Below are positions 40,783 to 50,231 of a stretch of DNA of 64,000 nucleotides, in pieces. The notes beneath the pieces are model-generated. The model saw only the letters and a list, made by a program, of their open reading frames with translations. It made no database searches and was not told where the DNA came from. This DNA comes from an uncultured Verrucomicrobiae bacterium. GTDB taxonomy: Bacteria; Verrucomicrobiota; Verrucomicrobiia; Palsa-1439. The translations under genes and the position numbers were made by a program. Position 1 is the stretch's first letter. Each line of letters begins with the position of its first letter. Where the stretch lies: contig CAVQGJ010000011.1 of NCBI GenBank assembly GCA_963712025.1, positions 135,929 through 199,928 on the forward strand, read 5' to 3'.

Positions 40783-41717
40783 AGACGCCGCGAATACTGG
40801 TGGTGCGGGGCGGGGCGATTGGGGATTTCATCATGACGTTGCCTGCGGTCGGGGCGCTACGGGAGCACTGGCCGGACGCGCGGATCGAGATCCTTGGGTA
40901 TCCGCACATTATCGAGCTGGCGCGGGGACGGTATTACGCGGATGCGACCCGGTCGATTGACGCCAAGGCGATGGCGGGCTTTTTCATTCCCAACTCGGTG
41001 CTTGATCCCGACCTGATGGAGTATTTCGGCAGTTTCAATGTGGTGATTTCGTATTTGTTCGATCCCGACAGTTTGTTCGCCAACAACGTGCGACGGTGCG
41101 GGGTCAAACAGGTGATCGAGGCCTCGCCGCGACCCAAGGACATGCACGCGGCGAAACATTATTGCCGGCCGCTGGAGGCGCTGGCGATTTACGTGGAGGA
41201 GCCGCGGGCGAAGATTCATCCGAGCGACTCGGACCGCGAGATGGCGTCGAGATTTTTGAAGATGGTGGGGCGCGAGCCGATCGTGGCGATCCATCCCGGC
41301 AGCGGCAGCGAGAAGAAGAACTGGCCGGTGGAAAATTTTGCGGCGGTGGCGCGGTGGGTATCCGACGAGTGGGCGGCGCAACTGCTCGTGGTCGAGGGCG
41401 AGGCGGATGAACGCGCGGTGGGGAAGCTGACGAGGCTGCTGGAGCCGCGCCCGGTTACGGTGGCCAGCCGGTTGAAGTTGGTGGAGCTGGCGGCGGTATT
41501 GGAGCGGTGTGCATTGTTTCTGGGGAACGATTCCGGCATCACGCACGTCGCCGCGGCGGTGGGAGTTCCTGTGGTGGCGATGTTTGGGAGTGAGTCGCCG
41601 CCGATCTGGGAACCGCATGGCGAACGTGTGCGCGTGGTGCGGTTTTGCGACAATGACGTGGCCGGAGTGCTGGGTGCAATTGAGGAATTTTGGGGCAATC
41701 GGCGCGGTAATTGCTGA
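40779..41717 (+). CDS. Glycosyltransferase family 9 (heptosyltransferase-like)
   Basis: MKTPRILVVRGGAIGDFIMTLPAVGALRE... and LFLGNDSGITHVAAAVGVPVVAMFG. Confidence 0.75.
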   Translation: MKTPRILVVRGGAIGDFIMTLPAVGALREHWPDARIEILGYPHIIELARGRYYADATRSIDAKAMAGFFIPNSVLDPDLMEYFGSFNVVISYLFDPDSLFANNVRRCGVKQVIEASPRPKDMHAAKHYCRPLEALAIYVEEPRAKIHPSDSDREMASRFLKMVGREPIVAIHPGSGSEKKNWPVENFAAVARWVSDEWAAQLLVVEGEADERAVGKLTRLLEPRPVTVASRLKLVELAAVLERCALFLGNDSGITHVAAAVGVPVVAMFGSESPPIWEPHGERVRVVRFCDNDVAGVLGAIEEFWGNRRGNC

Positions 41718-41743
41718 AGTCGTTGGTACACAAGCCATTTGGC

Positions 41744-41772
41744 TTGACGGCAGGCAAGTCTGACACTAGATT
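41744..41772 (+). promoter_or_regulatory. Candidate sigma70 promoter
   Basis: TTGACG, 17 nt, TAGATT. It lies about 70 nt upstream of ATG 41843. Confidence 0.4.
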
Positions 41773-41842
41773 GACACGGAAAGGTGTCGGAGAGGAAAGA
41801 CTCGTAAGCAATTGCGGGCAAGGAAGGTAAAGAAGAAGATCG

Positions 41843-42364
41843 ATGCGCGACCGGAATCTGGAGAGAAACATTCAGAGAGTCGAGGCATTCGTGGAGTCGT
41901 GGAAGCGGTTGAGCCAGTTCCTGGATCGGGGGTTCAAGGGCGACCCGTTTACGGGTGAGGAGGAGGGGGCGTTTCTGGACCTGAAAAGCCAGATCGCGCA
42001 AGAGTATGAGGCGTTGATGGTTATGCTGGCATCGGAAGCGGAGCGGGACGATCGGGCGTTGCGGCTGCTGAACGGCGTGCCGAGCTTGTCGTCGTTCAAG
42101 GAACTGCCGGAGGGCATGTCCAAGAAGCTGGCAACGGAGTGGCACGGGACGTACATGGGGCTGCAGGCGCTGCTGGGACGGCTCCGGGGGCGGCAGGCGC
42201 AGTTGCGGAGCATCAGCACGTTTGCCGTCGCGGTGCGAAACGTGTTCGCCAACCCGATTGTGATTTTGCTGGTCATGATCGCCGCGGCGTACGGGGTGTA
42301 CCGATTTGCGGAAGAGTGGATTCCAAAATTGACGCAGCTAAAGGAACAAATGGAGAAGAGATAA
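41843..42364 (+). CDS. Hypothetical protein with C-terminal TM helix
   Basis: 173-aa ORF, helical, with C-terminal anchor IVILLVMIAAAYGVY. Its stop abuts the HU start. Confidence 0.5.
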   Translation: MRDRNLERNIQRVEAFVESWKRLSQFLDRGFKGDPFTGEEEGAFLDLKSQIAQEYEALMVMLASEAERDDRALRLLNGVPSLSSFKELPEGMSKKLATEWHGTYMGLQALLGRLRGRQAQLRSISTFAVAVRNVFANPIVILLVMIAAAYGVYRFAEEWIPKLTQLKEQMEKR

Positions 42365-42687
42365 TGACGAAGCGAGACCTGGTGATTCGGATCAGCAATG
42401 ACACGAACCTCATCCAACAGGACGTGCTGACGGTTGTGCAAAAGACGCTCGACTACATTACGGAGGCGCTCATCAAGGGCGAGACCGTCGAGCTGCGCAA
42501 CTTCGGCGTCTTCGAGGTCAAATTGCGCAAGCCACGCGTGGGCCGCAATCCGAACGACCCCGGCAAGGACGTGGAGATTCCCGCGCGCGCCGTCGTCAAG
42601 TTCAAGCCCGGCAAGGAAATGCGCGAGCAGGTGTTGCGGCTGACCGAAAAATACAACGGCCCGCAGAGCGCACCGCCACAGGCCTGA
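42364..42687 (+). CDS. HU/IHF-family DNA-binding protein
   Basis: MTKRDLVIRISNDTNL...VELRNFGVFEVKLRKPRVGRNPNDPGKDVEIPARAVVKFKPGKEM. Confidence 0.85.
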   Translation: MTKRDLVIRISNDTNLIQQDVLTVVQKTLDYITEALIKGETVELRNFGVFEVKLRKPRVGRNPNDPGKDVEIPARAVVKFKPGKEMREQVLRLTEKYNGPQSAPPQA

Positions 42688-42785
42688 ACCGCTTGCCAGG
42701 CGGGCTCCCGGAGGGTTCCCGCCAATGATATCGACGGCGCGAACCGCAACGGGCCTCGCGTCTGGCGATTTTTGGAACGAATCCG

Positions 42786-44024
42786 ATGAATCCGTTACCC
42801 GGTTTTCGCGATTTTTATCCCGAGACGCTCGCCGTTCGCCGCTATATCTTCGAGAAATGGCGTGATGTCGCGCGGCGTTACGGCTTTCGGGAGTACGACG
42901 GCCCGCCGCTGGAACCGCTCGAATTGTTCACCAAGAAGAGTGGCGACGAGATCGTCGGACAACTTTTCAATTTCGTGGATAAAGGCGAACGGGCCGTGGC
43001 ATTGAGGCCGGAAATGACGCCGACACTGGCCCGGATGGTGGGTGCGCATCACCGCGACTACAAAAAACCGATCAAGTGGTTTGCCATCCCGCAACTGTTC
43101 CGCTACGAAAAGCAGCAGCGCGGGCGTTTGCGCGAGCACTTTCAATTCAATGCTGACATTATCGGTGAGAGCGACGTCAGCGCCGATGCGGAATTGATCG
43201 CGCTGGCGATTGACACGCTGCGGAGCTTTGGACTGACTGAAAAAGATTTCGTGGTGCGCGTCTCGGATCGTCGGGCATGGCAACGGTACCTGTCGGCGGC
43301 GGGTCTCGCTGAGGACAAACAATACGCAACATTCCAAGCGATTGATAAGTTGGAGCGCGAGTCACTGGAGAAGACGAAAGAGAAACTGTCGGCAACCGGA
43401 TTTTCTGCGGAAAGGGTCGAAGAGATTCTGGCGATCGCCGAGGGAAAATCCAAAGCCGACGCGCCCGAACTGCAAGAGGCGCTTGCGGAGCTTGGTGATT
43501 TGGCGGCGTATTGCCAGGCGGATTTCAAAATTGTGCGCGGCCTGGCGTATTACACCGGGATCGTTTGGGAGATCCACGATCGGAAGGGCGAGCTACGCGC
43601 CATAGCGGGCGGCGGTCGTTACGACAGTCTGCTGAAGCAAGTCAGCGGGGTCGATTTGCCCGCGCTGGGGTTCGGCATGGGCGATGTTGTGTTGGGAGAG
43701 TTGTTGAAAGATCGCGGGCTGCTTCCGAAAGTTGATTGGGGACTGGATTGCTACGTTGTGATTGCCGACGAGGCGTTGCGGGCGGAGGCGCTCCAGCTGA
43801 TTCACCAGTTGCGCGACGCGGGAATTGCGGTAGACTACGCGCTCACTGAAACGAAGGTGGGCAAGCAGTTCCAGTCGGCTTCGGCGGCCGGAGCGCGTTA
43901 CGCGCTTGTGATCGGACCGGACGAGTGGAAATCCGGCGAAGTGAAGCTTAAGAACCTCATGGCGGAAACGGAAGAGCGCGTCAGTATTTCGATGGCGACG
44001 GAGATTTTGCGGAAGGTTTCATGA
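42786..44024 (+). CDS. hisS: Histidine--tRNA ligase
   Basis: PGFRDFYPE, ALRPEMTPTLARMV, FRYEKQQRGRLREHFQFNADIIG, GGGRYDSL. Confidence 0.95.
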   Translation: MNPLPGFRDFYPETLAVRRYIFEKWRDVARRYGFREYDGPPLEPLELFTKKSGDEIVGQLFNFVDKGERAVALRPEMTPTLARMVGAHHRDYKKPIKWFAIPQLFRYEKQQRGRLREHFQFNADIIGESDVSADAELIALAIDTLRSFGLTEKDFVVRVSDRRAWQRYLSAAGLAEDKQYATFQAIDKLERESLEKTKEKLSATGFSAERVEEILAIAEGKSKADAPELQEALAELGDLAAYCQADFKIVRGLAYYTGIVWEIHDRKGELRAIAGGGRYDSLLKQVSGVDLPALGFGMGDVVLGELLKDRGLLPKVDWGLDCYVVIADEALRAEALQLIHQLRDAGIAVDYALTETKVGKQFQSASAAGARYALVIGPDEWKSGEVKLKNLMAETEERVSISMATEILRKVS

Positions 44025-45814
44025 AACGTACACATCATTGCGGGGAATTGCGCGCGGCGCAGGTTGGACAAAGCGTCACGCTGACGGGTTGGGTGCACGT
44101 ACGGCGTGATCTGGGCGGCATTGTTTTCATCGAGCTGCGCGATCGCGGCGGCAACACGCAGGTTGTGTTCGACCCGCAGCACAACAAGCCGTCGTGGGAA
44201 CTGGCCCAGTCACTGCGGAGTGAATTCGTCGTCGCCGTCGAAGGCACAGTGCGGCAACGTCCCGCCGGCACCGAAAACCCGAAGATGGTGACGGGCGAGG
44301 TCGAGGTATTGGTCCATCACCTGGAAATTCTCAACCCCAGCGAAACGCCGCCATTCCAGATCGACGAATCAGGCGGCGCGCAGGCGGGTGAAGATTTGCG
44401 ATTGCAGTATCGCTACCTCGACTTGCGCCGGCCGTCGATGGCGCGCAACCTCGTGCTGCGGCATCGCATTGCCAAAGGTGTACGCGATTATTTCGACGCC
44501 AACGGCTTTCTGGAAGTCGAGACGCCGATCTTGTTCAAGAGTACACCCGAAGGGGCGCGCGAGTATCTCGTGCCGTCGCGGGTGAACCCGGGGAAGTTTT
44601 ACGCGTTGCCGCAATCACCCCAACAATTCAAGCAAATGCTCATGGTGGCTGGCGTGGACCGCTATTTCCAAATCGCAAGATGTTTCCGTGACGAAGACTT
44701 GCGGGCGGACCGGCAGCCGGAGTTCACGCAGATCGACGTGGAGATGTCGTTCGTCACGCGCGAAGACGTGCTGACGATGATCGAGGGACTCGTGGCGCAC
44801 ATCTGGAAAGTGGCGCGCAACGAGACCTTGCCGACACCCTTTCCCCGGATGGCCTACCCGGAAGCCATGGAGCGATTCGGTAGCGACAAGCCGGATACTC
44901 GATTTGGGGTCGAGTTGGTTGATCTGACAAATGATTTCGCGCAGAGCAAGTTCAAGGTGTTTCGCGGGGCCGTCGACTCTGGTGGCGTGGTCAAGGCGAT
45001 TAACGCGAAGGGACTGGCCTCGGTCACACAGGGCCAAATCGAGACATTAACGGAGACGGCAAAGAGCTTTGGCGCGAAGGGACTGGCGTACATCAAGGTC
45101 GAAGGCGGTGAATGGAAATCGCCGATTGTGAAGTTCTTTAGCGATGCCGAGAAGAAGGCCCTCGTCGAGAAACTGAAGATTGACGAGGGCGACCTGATTC
45201 TGTTTGGCGCGGACAAGCGGGAGACAGTGTGGGAAGTGCTGGGCCGGTTGCGGCTTATCGTCGCGGACATTCTCAAGAAGGACGGCAAACTCACGGTGCG
45301 TGACGACCAGTGGAATTTCCTTTGGGTGATCGATTTCCCGTTGCTGGAATACCGCGCGGAGGACCAGAAATATTTCGCGCGGCAACATCCGTTCACGGCG
45401 GCGGTGCCTGAAGATGTGCCGATGCTGGAAACGGAACCATTGAAGGTTCGTGGACTCCAATACGACCTCGTGTTGAACGGCCAGGAGATGGCCGGCGGCT
45501 CGATTCGTATCCATCAGCCAGCGGTGCAGAAGAAGATGTTCCACGACGTTCTCAAGATACCCGCGGAAGTCGCGGAATCGCGATTTGGCTACATGCTCCA
45601 GGCGTTCAAGTACGGCGCGCCCCCGCACGGCGGCATCGCATTGGGCTTCGATCGTTTGTGCGCGATCCTGTGCGGCTCTGCCAATATTCGCGACGTGATT
45701 GCATTCCCGAAGACGGCGAAAGCGGTGGACTTGATGACGAGTTCACCGAGTGAGGTCGAATCGAAGCAGTTGCGCGACCTGCACATCAAGCTGGACGTTG
45801 AAGACGCCGGTTGA
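44021..45814 (+). CDS. aspS: Aspartate--tRNA ligase
   Basis: RTHHCGELR, WVHVRRDLGGIVFIELRDRGG, FRDEDLRADRQPEFTQID, GGSIRIH, GAPPHGGIALGFDR. The start overlaps the hisS stop. Confidence 0.95.
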   Translation: MKRTHHCGELRAAQVGQSVTLTGWVHVRRDLGGIVFIELRDRGGNTQVVFDPQHNKPSWELAQSLRSEFVVAVEGTVRQRPAGTENPKMVTGEVEVLVHHLEILNPSETPPFQIDESGGAQAGEDLRLQYRYLDLRRPSMARNLVLRHRIAKGVRDYFDANGFLEVETPILFKSTPEGAREYLVPSRVNPGKFYALPQSPQQFKQMLMVAGVDRYFQIARCFRDEDLRADRQPEFTQIDVEMSFVTREDVLTMIEGLVAHIWKVARNETLPTPFPRMAYPEAMERFGSDKPDTRFGVELVDLTNDFAQSKFKVFRGAVDSGGVVKAINAKGLASVTQGQIETLTETAKSFGAKGLAYIKVEGGEWKSPIVKFFSDAEKKALVEKLKIDEGDLILFGADKRETVWEVLGRLRLIVADILKKDGKLTVRDDQWNFLWVIDFPLLEYRAEDQKYFARQHPFTAAVPEDVPMLETEPLKVRGLQYDLVLNGQEMAGGSIRIHQPAVQKKMFHDVLKIPAEVAESRFGYMLQAFKYGAPPHGGIALGFDRLCAILCGSANIRDVIAFPKTAKAVDLMTSSPSEVESKQLRDLHIKLDVEDAG

Positions 45815-46476
45815 CCGCAGCGATCAGAAGCCACCGACCAATCTACCGCCTTGTCGCTATTGAGCCGACGGAGTCGCCGCGGAGCCGGAGTTGGAGCAGG
45901 GGCAGGCGCTGTGGAATCTGTCTTGGGAGGCTCGGTAGCCGGGGCCGGTGTCGCAGTAGCAGGAGGCGCTTCCACCGGCGGTGTTGCCACGATCGGCGCC
46001 GCTTTGGGGTGCGATGGCAATCCGGATGGCGCGTCACTCGTCCAACGAATGGCCAGGACATTGACGTCGGTCGCGAACGAATCGGGGTTGAACGTGTTGA
46101 CGGTTGTCAAGGTCGGCACCTTCTGTTCTCCGTTGTCCTGCCCCGCACCACTGCGCGGGCCATAATTGGTGCTGAAGAAGATCTTGCCCTGGACAAATAA
46201 CAATGCATCGGCCCCGAGTTGCTTCGCCTTCTGCACGAGCAATGGCAGGTGGTGTTCTTCGGGTTGGGCGTAGAACGGGCTGCTGATGCGCAGCTCGGCA
46301 AGCACATCGTAGGAAACCGGTGGCAGGGATGTGAATACAGGCAGACTGTAGTTGGTGCTGACGATGCTGCCGCTGCCTGTGGGCCACGCCTGTTGATCGC
46401 CAATGTAGGGACGGACGACTGCGGACGCACAACCGAGGGACAGCGCCAATCCGATCACACACAGCCATCGTTTCAT
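45589..46476 (-). CDS. Hypothetical lipoprotein with Pro/Ala/Thr-rich C-terminus; the 3' tail running antisense into aspS is doubtful
   Basis: MKRWLCVIGLALSLGCAS lipobox. An alternative frame ends ...AATPSAQ* near 45860. Confidence 0.5.
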   Translation of the reverse strand: MKRWLCVIGLALSLGCASAVVRPYIGDQQAWPTGSGSIVSTNYSLPVFTSLPPVSYDVLAELRISSPFYAQPEEHHLPLLVQKAKQLGADALLFVQGKIFFSTNYGPRSGAGQDNGEQKVPTLTTVNTFNPDSFATDVNVLAIRWTSDAPSGLPSHPKAAPIVATPPVEAPPATATPAPATEPPKTDSTAPAPAPTPAPRRLRRLNSDKAVDWSVASDRCGQPASSTSSLMCRSRNCFDSTSLGELVIKSTAFAVFGNAITSRILAEPHRIAHKRSKPNAMPPCGGAPYLNAWSM

Positions 46477-46608
46477 GTATTCTCCCCTAAGATTTGGTGG
46501 CGCGTGTTTACCGCCAACGTTACGCGCACCGTATGCCGAGTCTGTAACACAAGCCGACGCGGCTTGGGAAGCAGAAAGTGGTTGCGCGTGAGCGGCGCGG
46601 TTACCATT

Positions 46609-47634
46609 TCAAGCGGTGGTCGGAGCGGGAGTGACCACGACCGCATCCTTCTTGGTACGTCCTCGCTTCTTCGGTTCGACACGGGTGAAGACGCCCATCC
46701 GGCGGAATTTCTTGTACCGCGCTTCGAGCAAATCCGATATCTTCATTTCCCAAAGCTTGTCGAGGTTCTTCAGAATCGCTTTCTTAAGCGAGGCGGCGGT
46801 TTCATCGTATTCCTTGTGCGCGCCCCCCAGCGGTTCGGGAATGACCTCATCGACGACATCCAATTCCAGCAGGTCCTTGGCCGTGAGTTTGAGGGCCGCG
46901 GCAGCCTGGGCGGCGTTGGCGCGGTCCTTCCAGAGGATCGCGGCGCAACCTTCGGGTGAGATCACCGAGTAGTAGGCGTTTTCGAGAATGAGGATGCGGT
47001 CGCACACACCGATGCCGAGCGCGCCGCCCGATCCGCCCTCGCCGATGACCACCGCCAGCAACGGTGTCTTGAGTGTCATCATTTCCCGCAAGTTGACGGC
47101 AATCGCCTCCGCAATGTGGCGTTCCTCGGCGCCGACGCCCGGATAAGCGCCCGGCGTATCAATGAAGCAGATGACCGGTACGTCGAACTTTTCGGCCAGT
47201 TGCATGAGTCGCAGCGCTTTGCGGTAGCCTTCGGGATGCGGGCTGCCGAAGTTGCGCATCAAATTCTCCTTGGTGTCGCGGCCTTTTTGCTGGCCAATGA
47301 CCATCACCCGCCGCTCATCGATCTCCGCCAGCCCGCCGACGATCGCGTGGTCGTCGGCAAAACGGCGGTCGCCGTGCAGTTCGATAAAATTGGTGGCAAT
47401 GCGCTGCAGGTAATCCAGCATGTAGGGCCGTTTCGGATGCCGGGCGAGTTGGACACGCTGCCACGGATTCAGATTGGTGAAGACCTCCTTCTTGGTGGCT
47501 TCGAGCTTTTCCTCAATCGCATGAATCTGCGCCGAGAGATCGATCTTCTGTTCCGCCGCCTGTTTCCGCAGGGCCTCGAGCGTTTGCTCGAGCTCGGTGA
47601 TCGGCTTCTCGAATTCCAGTGTATAGATTTTCAT
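46609..47634 (-). CDS. accA: Acetyl-CoA carboxylase carboxyltransferase subunit alpha
   Basis: ARHPKRPYMLDY, FIDTPGAYPGVGAEERHIAEAIA, VIGEGGSGGALG. Confidence 0.95.
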   Translation of the reverse strand: MKIYTLEFEKPITELEQTLEALRKQAAEQKIDLSAQIHAIEEKLEATKKEVFTNLNPWQRVQLARHPKRPYMLDYLQRIATNFIELHGDRRFADDHAIVGGLAEIDERRVMVIGQQKGRDTKENLMRNFGSPHPEGYRKALRLMQLAEKFDVPVICFIDTPGAYPGVGAEERHIAEAIAVNLREMMTLKTPLLAVVIGEGGSGGALGIGVCDRILILENAYYSVISPEGCAAILWKDRANAAQAAAALKLTAKDLLELDVVDEVIPEPLGGAHKEYDETAASLKKAILKNLDKLWEMKISDLLEARYKKFRRMGVFTRVEPKKRGRTKKDAVVVTPAPTTA

Positions 47635-47652
47635 CCGTGATCCGGCTCCTTC

Positions 47653-48516
47653 CTACTCGTGAATGACCACCGTGGTGCCGACCGGCAAGATTGTGTACAA
47701 CTCCCCAATATCATCGTTCAGGAGGCGAATGCAACCCGCGGTGGCTTGTTTGCCGATCGAGTTGGTGTCCCAGGTGCCATGGATGCCATAGCCGGGCACA
47801 TTCAGCCCGAGCCAGTGGGTGCCCAGAATATTTTCGGGATCGCCGAAGGGAATCGTCTTGCCATCGGGCCGCCACCATGGCGGGTTCGGGATCCGCGTCG
47901 TGATTTTGAATTCACCGACGGGCGTTTTGCTGTATTGGCCCGTGCCGACGTGGTACCGCTTGAAAAACTTGCCGTTGTCGGTCAATCGAAGCTCATTCGT
48001 GGTTTTGTTGACATTGACGGCAAAATGGCCCTGATAAATGCGTAGTCGGTCGCCCACGCGGATCAGGTCGCGGGACAGGTTGTTAGACTTCTTGATCATG
48101 TCGACGGTCGTGCCGAACCGCTGGGCGAGTTTGCCGAGCGAATCTCCGGCCACAATCGTGTAATCGGTTTTTCCGTCCGCCGGTGCGGGTGTGAGCAGGA
48201 TCTTCGTGTCAATCTCGCCCAACAAATCCAGGGTTTTGTCCGAGGCGCTGCCGTCGTCCGCCAACGGCTGCAACAATGCGCGAGCATCGGACAGCTTGCC
48301 TTCGCCCTGGAGTACCTGTGCGTGCTGGTATTGGTCAACGTCGGTTTCGGCGGGCGCCGGCGGGCGACTGACTGCGGCCACAGTGTCCGTGAGTGGAGCG
48401 GCGGCGACAGTCGAGGTTGACGATCCGGCTGCGGGCGCGGACGGCGACGAACTTGGGAGTCGGTCACAACCCGCAAGCCAGAATGTCAGCACGACCAAAC
48501 TGAGCCAAAGTTTCAT
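47653..48516 (-). CDS. L,D-transpeptidase (YkuD) with LysM domain, lipoprotein
   Basis: LVVLTFWLAGC lipobox, LysM YTIVAGDSLGKLAQRFGTTVDMIKKSNNL, YkuD HGTWDTNSIGKQATAGCIRL. Confidence 0.85.
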   Translation of the reverse strand: MKLWLSLVVLTFWLAGCDRLPSSSPSAPAAGSSTSTVAAAPLTDTVAAVSRPPAPAETDVDQYQHAQVLQGEGKLSDARALLQPLADDGSASDKTLDLLGEIDTKILLTPAPADGKTDYTIVAGDSLGKLAQRFGTTVDMIKKSNNLSRDLIRVGDRLRIYQGHFAVNVNKTTNELRLTDNGKFFKRYHVGTGQYSKTPVGEFKITTRIPNPPWWRPDGKTIPFGDPENILGTHWLGLNVPGYGIHGTWDTNSIGKQATAGCIRLLNDDIGELYTILPVGTTVVIHE

Positions 48517-49316
48517 GTCTGCAAGTCGCGAACCACCAGACTCATGGCAGGGTACCGGGCGGCTGGCTCCCTTTCAAGACATTTAAGAATGACCCGCTCG
48601 ATGGAATGGGGGATGTCCGGGACCAACGTGCGCGGCGGTCGCAGGTGCTCGTTGAAGTCCGAGTACTTCTGCAGGATTTCTTCGCGAGTGTTTCCCGCAA
48701 TCGGCTTCTTGCCGGTGATCATCTCGTACGCGGTAACGCCAAACGAAAAGATGTCCGCGCGCTCATCGACGGGCTGGCGCGCGATCTGTTCGGGCGCCAG
48801 ATACAAGGGCGTACCGGACAGTTTCGGTTCCCGCCTTGGCCTTGCGGGCCGCGGGACCGAGAGATCAAAATCGATCAGCTTCGAGTCGTATGACTTGGGC
48901 ACCAGCACGTTTTCCGGCTTGAAGTCGAGATGGAGAAACCCGCGCTCGTGGACGTGGGCCAGGGCCAAGGCCATGCCGGTCAACATCTTGAGCTGATTCA
49001 ATCGCAGGTTTGGGTCGTTGCGCACGATGGCTTCCTTCAGGTTCGGTCCTTCCACGTATTCAATGATCGCGTAGCGCAGGCCGTTGAACTTCCCGCTCCC
49101 GAAATATCGCGCGATATTTGGGTGGTCGAGATGTTCCATGACCTTGCAGCCCCATTTGAATTGCCGGAGGCGGGTCCAATGAAAGCGGTGCTCGGGAAGC
49201 AACATGCGCAGGATAAGCCGCTGACCTTGTCGATCCGCCACCAGGAAAATGGTCGCCATTCCACCGTGGTTGATCTTATCCAGCACGGTGAAATCCGCAA
49301 AAGTCGAGCCAATCAT
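48513..49316 (-). CDS. Ser/Thr protein kinase-like protein (kinase domain only, atypical catalytic motifs)
   Basis: HLDFKPENVL (HRD-like), LIDFDLS (DFG to DFD), GTPLYLAPEQ (APE). The stop overlaps the LDT start by 4 nt. Confidence 0.8.
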   Translation of the reverse strand: MIGSTFADFTVLDKINHGGMATIFLVADRQGQRLILRMLLPEHRFHWTRLRQFKWGCKVMEHLDHPNIARYFGSGKFNGLRYAIIEYVEGPNLKEAIVRNDPNLRLNQLKMLTGMALALAHVHERGFLHLDFKPENVLVPKSYDSKLIDFDLSVPRPARPRREPKLSGTPLYLAPEQIARQPVDERADIFSFGVTAYEMITGKKPIAGNTREEILQKYSDFNEHLRPPRTLVPDIPHSIERVILKCLEREPAARYPAMSLVVRDLQT

Positions 49317-49429
49317 CTGGCCGCAACGGTAACGAACCCCGCGCCGCTTTGCAAACGCAAACCCGGCTCGCTCCTTCCGTCGCGCGGATTCGCGCGCCCG
49401 GGAAGGTGAATCGCTCCGGGGAGAGTGTC

Positions 49430-50065
49430 CTACCGATCGACGGCGCTTACCTCGGGCGGCTCCTGGGTGAGCAGATTGGCCAGCTCCTTCAGCGCGTCCG
49501 TGGCCTGGGAGCCGGTGGCGATAAACTCCAACGCGTCACCCATCAGTGCCCCCACGGACAACAGCCCAAGAATGGATCGCACGTTCATGTACGGGCGTCC
49601 GTCCAACAGGAAGTTGTAGTACGTCATGCCGTCCTTGTGCACGTAGATATCGCAGTCAAACTGGGCCGCCAGGCCGGCAACCGCCGAAACCGGTCGCAGA
49701 TGCAGTCCATCCTTGTTGCGGACCGTCACGAGGATCTTCTGGAAACCGTTTCGTTCGAGTGACTCGCGTTCCGTGCGCCAGATGTGGGCATATTTCTGGC
49801 ACCATTCCTCCGCAGCAGACGACCCGCCAATGTCCCGGCCCTCCGCCAGGGAACGAAGGTACTTGTGTTTCTCGATTTCGTCGCGCTGCTCGAGGTTGTC
49901 CCGTCTCAACTTCTCTCGGCGCCAGTCCTCGGCGACGTGCTGGACAAAATCATCGATGGCCTCGTCGATGCTCACTTCGGCGCCGCGCTGTTGCGAGAGA
50001 TAGTACTTGTGCTCCTCGATTGCCTTGAGCTCGGCTGCGGTGAGGTTGGTTGACTGACCCTTCAT
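49430..50065 (-). CDS. HPr-family phosphocarrier domain fused to an N-terminal duplicated EHKYxLS helical module
   Basis: C-terminal ILVTVRNKDGLHLRPVSAVA...NVRSILGLLSVGA retains the HPr His15 and Ser46 contexts. N-terminal IEEHKYYLSQQRGAEVSIDEAIDDF and IEKHKYLRSLAEGRDIG. The start chosen is MKGQS at 50065. Confidence 0.7.
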   Translation of the reverse strand: MKGQSTNLTAAELKAIEEHKYYLSQQRGAEVSIDEAIDDFVQHVAEDWRREKLRRDNLEQRDEIEKHKYLRSLAEGRDIGGSSAAEEWCQKYAHIWRTERESLERNGFQKILVTVRNKDGLHLRPVSAVAGLAAQFDCDIYVHKDGMTYYNFLLDGRPYMNVRSILGLLSVGALMGDALEFIATGSQATDALKELANLLTQEPPEVSAVDR

Positions 50066-50231
50066 CCTTAAAGACCCGTGGACGCATGGTACCCGGTCCA
50101 TCACCGCTTGGCGAGATTTCTTTTTTGCCGGGACGCCAGCCGGTCCGGCATGTCAGTTGAAACTGGGACAACGCCCGGAAAGGGAATGACAACGGCGCCT
50201 GGCTCTGGTATAGGAACACTCCAACTTACCC

